Shown here: positions 59,109-64,000 of the stretch, piece after piece
How the letters are laid out: the number at the start of each line of letters is the position of its first letter
Numbering within the stretch: position 1 is the stretch's first letter
Source of the DNA: Spirochaetia bacterium
GTDB lineage: Bacteria > Spirochaetota > Spirochaetia > CADAEX01
Direction: 5' to 3'
NCBI GenBank assembly: GCA_045606105.1
Contig: JAZURI010000002.1
Coordinates: 256,001-320,000, forward strand
DNA length: 64,000 nucleotides
Notes under the pieces: model-generated
What the model was told of the DNA's origin: nothing
Database searches by the model: none
Seen by the model: only the letters and a program-made list of their open reading frames with translations
Made by a program: the position numbers and the translations under genes

Positions 59109-59753
59109 TCAGAAGGGGCCGTTTATCAGTCCGTACCCTTCTTGGGGAAGATAACGGTACAGATAGAAGGTGGAATATTCATCCCTTCTTCCTGTCTGCT
59201 TATTGTTTCCCAGCTCAGCTTCAGCTACGAACCGGCCGTCTGACATGTAACACCAGATAAAGTCTGCCTCGCCGTTTACCGAATAATCAATTCCGTTTCT
59301 GGAAAGGGTAGGCCATGAGTGCTCCCTGTCGATGATATTGTTTTTCAGTATAACCTCGGTTTCATCCCGGTCTCCCGCTCCATCCACAAGGATGATACGA
59401 TATTTTCCGTCGGGAAAGGTGGCATCGGAAAGCATGTGGATACAGTTGTTTCCCACCCAGGTTTCATTCTCTCCGTATTTCTCGATTCTCAGTTCCGGAC
59501 CTGTAAGCTTCCAGAAAAGCTCTTCCTTGTCGTTGATAATGTACATGGTTTCCAGATCCTCGCTGCCGTCTCCGTCCTCTGCCATGACAAACAGCGTAAG
59601 GGCCTGGTTTTCAGCCCCTGTATCCTGATTGCGGAAAAGGTTCAGCTGCCAGAAAACCTGGGATATTTCCGGAGCATTTTCTGAACAGCCCGTAAAAAGG
59701 AGGACAAAAAGAATAACTGACAGAATCTTCTTATTTAAGATATATTTCCGCAT
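59109..59753 (-). CDS. Hypothetical lipoprotein
   Basis: Basic N-terminus, hydrophobic stretch, lipobox FTGC; D.DG..D and GKY.I...D.AG beta-sandwich-like motifs. Confidence 0.75.
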   Translation of the reverse strand: MRKYILNKKILSVILFVLLFTGCSENAPEISQVFWQLNLFRNQDTGAENQALTLFVMAEDGDGSEDLETMYIINDKEELFWKLTGPELRIEKYGENETWVGNNCIHMLSDATFPDGKYRIILVDGAGDRDETEVILKNNIIDREHSWPTLSRNGIDYSVNGEADFIWCYMSDGRFVAEAELGNNKQTGRRDEYSTFYLYRYLPQEGYGLINGPF

Positions 59754-60897
59754 TTTCAACCGGCTTGGCATAGGCACTCAGGGCAATAGGAAAAGCCGCA
59801 CGAGGTATATGCCTGAATCTGTGAAGGAATTTGTCCTTGTAATCCTTGCTGTAGTACCTGATATACTTGTCTGTATTGTTCATCAGGTCGTATGCCAGAT
59901 AGTTGCATGGCCACAGCTTGTAATGGGTCAGGATAAATTCATCGATAGCCTCGGCAACTTCCTTGGCATTTTTCCATTCTTCCCTGTAAAGCGGTTCACC
60001 GAAAGCAACATTCACCCTTCCCTTCTTGTTCTTGATTCCCAGGACGATACTTATCATGTCCTCGTTTCTCCGCTTCTTGTAAGGCTCGTTCTTCAGGGCC
60101 TTTTCCATTCTTCTGACAGTTTCCCTGGCCTTGAGCCTGTCGCATGGGTCAAACTCGTAGGATACAGCCACCGGGATGATATTCATGCTGTTGATATAAT
60201 CGGTAAAGGTTTTTCCCGATTTTCTGTTGCTGAGGGCAATCATCTTTATGATGGCAGGATTGGTCTTGTCATCTCCGTCCTTGGCTCTTCCTTCACGCTG
60301 GGCAATCCAGACGGAATCCTTTTCCAGGATAGTCTTTCTGATATACTTCGAAAGCTGCATGGATGAGCTGAGCTGCTCCCGCGGATCCAGTCCACGCTGT
60401 ACAATGAAAGCCTTGTTGATCCTGATGGCATCCGAAACCACGCTGTTCTTGAGGAGGTTATCACCGAACGCTACCTGAAAGCTTGGAAATCCTCTTCTCA
60501 GGAGCATATAGTCGATAATAACGGGGTCCATGGCAATATCACGGTGATTGGATATATAAAGATAATGCTTGCCGGCTTCAAGCTTTTCGCTACCTGTGGA
60601 GGTAAAGCCGGTCATGGTGTTCTTGATTACAAAATTTATGAGCCTGCCGAGAATCTTGCTGTGAAGTTCATCCGGAGTCTTTACTTTTCCGAGAAAAAAT
60701 TTAAGATAGGCGTGACAGAAATAATCAAAGACCGGCTCAAGACAATGAGGCAGATTCGGAACGATCTGATGTCTGAAAGCACTGACAAGTTCGTTATTGT
60801 TCATCAGACGGTTAAGGGCATCGGTAAACTCCTTTCCCTCATAAGGTCTGATATCCTCAAATTCATCAACTACTGAAACCGGTACAAGTTCATTCAT
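59731..60897 (-). CDS. Glycerol-3-phosphate/lysophospholipid acyltransferase
   Basis: SNHRDIAMD (HxxxxD), [24 protein letters not shown]. Confidence 0.9.
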   Translation of the reverse strand: MNELVPVSVVDEFEDIRPYEGKEFTDALNRLMNNNELVSAFRHQIVPNLPHCLEPVFDYFCHAYLKFFLGKVKTPDELHSKILGRLINFVIKNTMTGFTSTGSEKLEAGKHYLYISNHRDIAMDPVIIDYMLLRRGFPSFQVAFGDNLLKNSVVSDAIRINKAFIVQRGLDPREQLSSSMQLSKYIRKTILEKDSVWIAQREGRAKDGDDKTNPAIIKMIALSNRKSGKTFTDYINSMNIIPVAVSYEFDPCDRLKARETVRRMEKALKNEPYKKRRNEDMISIVLGIKNKKGRVNVAFGEPLYREEWKNAKEVAEAIDEFILTHYKLWPCNYLAYDLMNNTDKYIRYYSKDYKDKFLHRFRHIPRAAFPIALSAYAKPVENAEIYLK

Positions 60898-61955
60898 AAT
60901 GTCTTACTCTCACTTTCAGCCGCAGGGAACAATGATTCCCTTACCTTTCTGTCAATTTCCGTAAAGATTTCCGGATTTGACTCAAGGAAATTCTTAACGT
61001 TTTCCCTTCCCTGACCTATTTTCTCACCGTTATATGAGAACCAGCTTCCGCTCTTCTGGATAATACCGAAGCTGATTGCGGCATCAAGCAGGGATGCACT
61101 GAGGGAAATACCCTTACCGAACATGATTTCCAGCTCGACCTTCCTGAACGGAGGAGCCATCTTGTTCTTTACAACCTTTACCCTGACCCTGTTTCCGATA
61201 ATGTCCTCGGAGCCTCTTTCGATGGTCTCGATCTTTCTTACCTCCATCCTGACAGAGGAGTAGAATTTCAGGGCATTTCCTCCTGTTGTTGTCTCAGGGT
61301 TACCGAACATGACACCGATCTTCATTCTCAGCTGGTTGATGAAGATAAGACATGTATTGGATTTTGAAAGGATACCGGTAAGCTTCCTGAGTGCCTGGCT
61401 CATGAGTCTGGCCTGCAGTCCCATGTGGGAATCTCCCATATCGCCCTCAATTTCGGCCTGAGGAGTAAGGGCTGCAACAGAGTCGATAACAATGATATCA
61501 ACCGCACCGGAGCGGACCAGGGATTCTGCTATTTCAAGGGCCTGCTCGCCTGTATCCGGCTGGGATACCCAGAGTTCGTCCGTATTTACGCCGAGATTTG
61601 ATGCATATCCCGGATCCAGGGCATGCTCCGCATCGATGAATGCCGCAATACCGCCCTGCTTCTGTGCTTCTGCAATGGCATGAAGCGCCAGGGTTGTCTT
61701 ACCGGAGGATTCAGGTCCATAGATTTCAACAATTCTTCCTTTAGGATATCCTCCGATACCCAGAGCCGCATCAAGGGTAAGAGCCCCTGAAGGGATAGCC
61801 TGAACACTTATATCAGAGGTCTTGTCACCAAGCCTCATTATAGAGCCCTTTCCGAACTGCTTCTCCATCTGGAGTCTTACAGCTTCGAGAGCAAGCTTCT
61901 TTTCTTCGTTTCCGTTTTTCTTTTCCATTTCAGCAGTATCTCCTTTTTTTCCCAT
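60894..61955 (-). CDS. recA: Recombinase A
   Basis: [38 protein letters not shown]. Alternative start at 61928. Confidence 0.99.
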   Translation of the reverse strand: MGKKGDTAEMEKKNGNEEKKLALEAVRLQMEKQFGKGSIMRLGDKTSDISVQAIPSGALTLDAALGIGGYPKGRIVEIYGPESSGKTTLALHAIAEAQKQGGIAAFIDAEHALDPGYASNLGVNTDELWVSQPDTGEQALEIAESLVRSGAVDIIVIDSVAALTPQAEIEGDMGDSHMGLQARLMSQALRKLTGILSKSNTCLIFINQLRMKIGVMFGNPETTTGGNALKFYSSVRMEVRKIETIERGSEDIIGNRVRVKVVKNKMAPPFRKVELEIMFGKGISLSASLLDAAISFGIIQKSGSWFSYNGEKIGQGRENVKNFLESNPEIFTEIDRKVRESLFPAAESESKTL

Positions 61956-62027
61956 AAAAAGTCTCCTAACTGTTAAACTGTATATATAAAACCAAATGCT
62001 TCAATATAATATATCTTTATTAAAATA

Positions 62028-62477
62028 TCAGAACTCTCTGAATGAATCAAGAAGAATGGTAACAGGGCCGTCATTTGTGTATGTAACCTGCATGTCGGCA
62101 CCGAATATACCGGTTTCAGTGGTTATTCCCCTTTTCCTCATGTTCTCTACAAAAGCCTCGTAATAACGGATTCCCTTCTCATTTCCGGCAGCATGACCGT
62201 AGGAGGGGCGTCTTCCCCGTCTGGCATCTCCGTAAAGGGTAAACTGGGAAACAGCCAGAAGCTCCCCTTTCACATCCAGCAGGGAAAGATTCATCTTTCC
62301 TTCACTGTCGGAAAAAATACGGAGATTGGGAACCTTGTCACAGATATACTCCAGATCCTTATCGGTATCATCCTCATGGACTCCCAGATAGACCAGAATT
62401 CCCTTTTCTGTACTGCCGGTAAGCTTTCCGTCAACCTCCACCCTGGCAGACAATACACGCTGAACCACAGCTCTCAT
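62028..62477 (-). CDS. dtd: D-aminoacyl-tRNA deacylase
   Basis: MRAVVQRV, SQFTL, NDGPVT. Confidence 0.97.
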   Translation of the reverse strand: MRAVVQRVLSARVEVDGKLTGSTEKGILVYLGVHEDDTDKDLEYICDKVPNLRIFSDSEGKMNLSLLDVKGELLAVSQFTLYGDARRGRRPSYGHAAGNEKGIRYYEAFVENMRKRGITTETGIFGADMQVTYTNDGPVTILLDSFREF

Positions 62478-62489
62478 AAAATGCTCCTG

Positions 62490-62981
62490 TCAGATCAAGA
62501 TAATGAGTGTAATTACCGCTGAGGTCAGAATACCCGAAGCAAGCAGGGCTCTCCTTTTAACAAAGCGCCTTCTGTTACCGTGTCCCGGAATAAGGCCGGA
62601 CAGCACCTCTCCCGTAAGACTTTCGTCAATTTTCCCCTTTTCAAGCCCTTTCAGGAAATCGAGTCCCCGGCCGGCAAGAATATCGTTGGGATTCCGTTCC
62701 CTGATATCCAGCCAGATCTTTACCGCCTCTGCGGTATTCCCCTTTTTAAGGCTGATTACAGCATTGCCGTACATGAGCCTCAGGCTTTCCGGCTCCAGCT
62801 GTGCAGCTCTCTGCAGATATGAATTTGCTTTGGGAAAATCTCCCATATGAAGATAGGAATAGCCCAGAAAATAATAAAAATCCCCGTTGCTCCGATTTTC
62901 AAAAATCAGAGGTTCGAGGATTTTGATTACCTTTTCAAAACGGCCGTTATTGAAATTTTTCTCTGCAGATACAATACTCAT
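62490..62981 (-). CDS. TPR protein with C-terminal TM anchor
   Basis: YYFLGYSYL..GD...A..YL TPR motif; hydrophobic C-terminus. Confidence 0.75.
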   Translation of the reverse strand: MSIVSAEKNFNNGRFEKVIKILEPLIFENRSNGDFYYFLGYSYLHMGDFPKANSYLQRAAQLEPESLRLMYGNAVISLKKGNTAEAVKIWLDIRERNPNDILAGRGLDFLKGLEKGKIDESLTGEVLSGLIPGHGNRRRFVKRRALLASGILTSAVITLIILI

Positions 62982-63007
62982 TTACCTACAGAATACACTA
63001 TCCGGAA

Positions 63008-64000
63008 TCAGATATCAAGCTTTAAATCACCAGGCTTTATCCAGCCCTTCTTTCTCATGAATTCAGAGATAACAAGTGTGATGACTGCCGGAGCAATGAA
63101 ATGCATGATAAGAATCTGAATCAGTGTTACAGAAGCAGATACACCGTCTGCAACCATTGTCTGGTATGAAACAATCTGTCCCACAAGACCGGAGGTTCCC
63201 ATACCACTTCCTACAGGACCGCAGCTCATTCCAAGAATCTTGGAGGAAACCGGACCGAGAATTGCACTGGTAATGATAGGAGGAAGCCATACTATAGGCT
63301 TTCTTACGATATTAGGCATCTGGAGCATGGAGGTTCCGATACCCTGGGCAAAAAGTCCGCCCATCTTGTTTTCCCTATAGCTCATTACGGCAAAACCAAC
63401 CATCTGGGCACTGCATCCCACAACTGCCGCACCGCCCGCAATTCCTGTAAGACCGAGAATGATTCCCAGAGCAGCTGAGCTGATAGGAAGTGTAAGACAC
63501 ATTCCCATGATAACGGAAACAAGGATTCCCATAAGTACAGGCTGAAGTTCGGTTCCCCAGTTGATGAGAGCTCCGAGAGCTGTAAGCCCCTTTGAAATAG
63601 GAGGACCTACGAAAAGACCTACTATAGCACCGGCAAAAATTGTAAAGATCGGTGTAAGGAGGATATCCAGCTTTGTCTTTCCTGAAATGAGACGTCCGAT
63701 TTCAATACCCACATAAGCAGCAATGAAAGCACCGAGCGGTTCACCCGGTCCCTTGAGAACAAGAGCACCGCCGGCAAAAGCGGCACCGGAAAGAATTGAT
63801 CCGGCAAAGGCACCGACCATACCGGCCGCACCTGCAGAAACAGTCACGAGAGGGGCTGCCTTGAATTTATATGCAACACCGACACCTATTCCGGCACCGG
63901 TAAGTCCCTTTGCAACATTTGCAACCGAGGTAAGGATATTACCGAAATCCCCCCCGATAAGAGTACCTATCTGGGCAACAATAGTACCGACTATGAGTGT
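63008..64000 (-). CDS. PTS EIIC-like (EIIC_2 family) membrane protein, 5'-truncated by window edge
   Basis: Frame is open to the window end; GEP.GAF.AA, LDI..TP, LPISSAAL, GTSMLQ.PNI, GMGTSGLVG. Confidence 0.85.
   Translation of the reverse strand, partial: TLIVGTIVAQIGTLIGGDFGNILTSVANVAKGLTGAGIGVGVAYKFKAAPLVTVSAGAAGMVGAFAGSILSGAAFAGGALVLKGPGEPLGAFIAAYVGIEIGRLISGKTKLDILLTPIFTIFAGAIVGLFVGPPISKGLTALGALINWGTELQPVLMGILVSVIMGMCLTLPISSAALGIILGLTGIAGGAAVVGCSAQMVGFAVMSYRENKMGGLFAQGIGTSMLQMPNIVRKPIVWLPPIITSAILGPVSSKILGMSCGPVGSGMGTSGLVGQIVSYQTMVADGVSASVTLIQILIMHFIAPAVITLVISEFMRKKGWIKPGDLKLDI

Noticed and set aside
61978-61993. LexA-box-like CTGTATATATAAAACC upstream of recA
   Set aside because: Only the left CTGT half-site matches; there is no ACAG right half and the context is AT-rich.

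Overview
This window is a gene-dense core-chromosome segment of a spirochaete (Spirochaetota-like gene order: giant GreA, spoVG-tRNA-Gln-rplY-pth-tilS-ftsH, rplU-rpmA-obg-nadD-yqeK-LCP-rsfS, rimP-nusA-infB-rbfA-truB-ribF-rpsO-pnp-dut-lptFG-tgt-murJ). It also holds a complete rnfCDGEAB operon, glmS, recA and one tRNA-Gln. I found no mobile elements, CRISPR arrays, rRNA or obvious pseudogenes. Four signals stand out. (1) A PBP1A gene, an HTH-less membrane-helix ParB/CTPase gene and a degenerate LysM-M23 gene form one locus. It contains an unannotated ~130-nt three-hairpin RNA with its own consensus promoter and terminator, whose exposed loop is complementary to the SD and start codon of the neighbouring ParB-like gene. 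(2) The rnfC leader is structured and resembles a Na+-sensing (DUF1646-type) riboswitch. (3) A monocistronic 80-aa ultra-acidic protein (no Lys/Arg) is divergent from spoVG. (4) An orphan HisD paralogue with swapped Zn ligands is coupled to folC. All family calls come from motif recognition by eye; no database searches were run.
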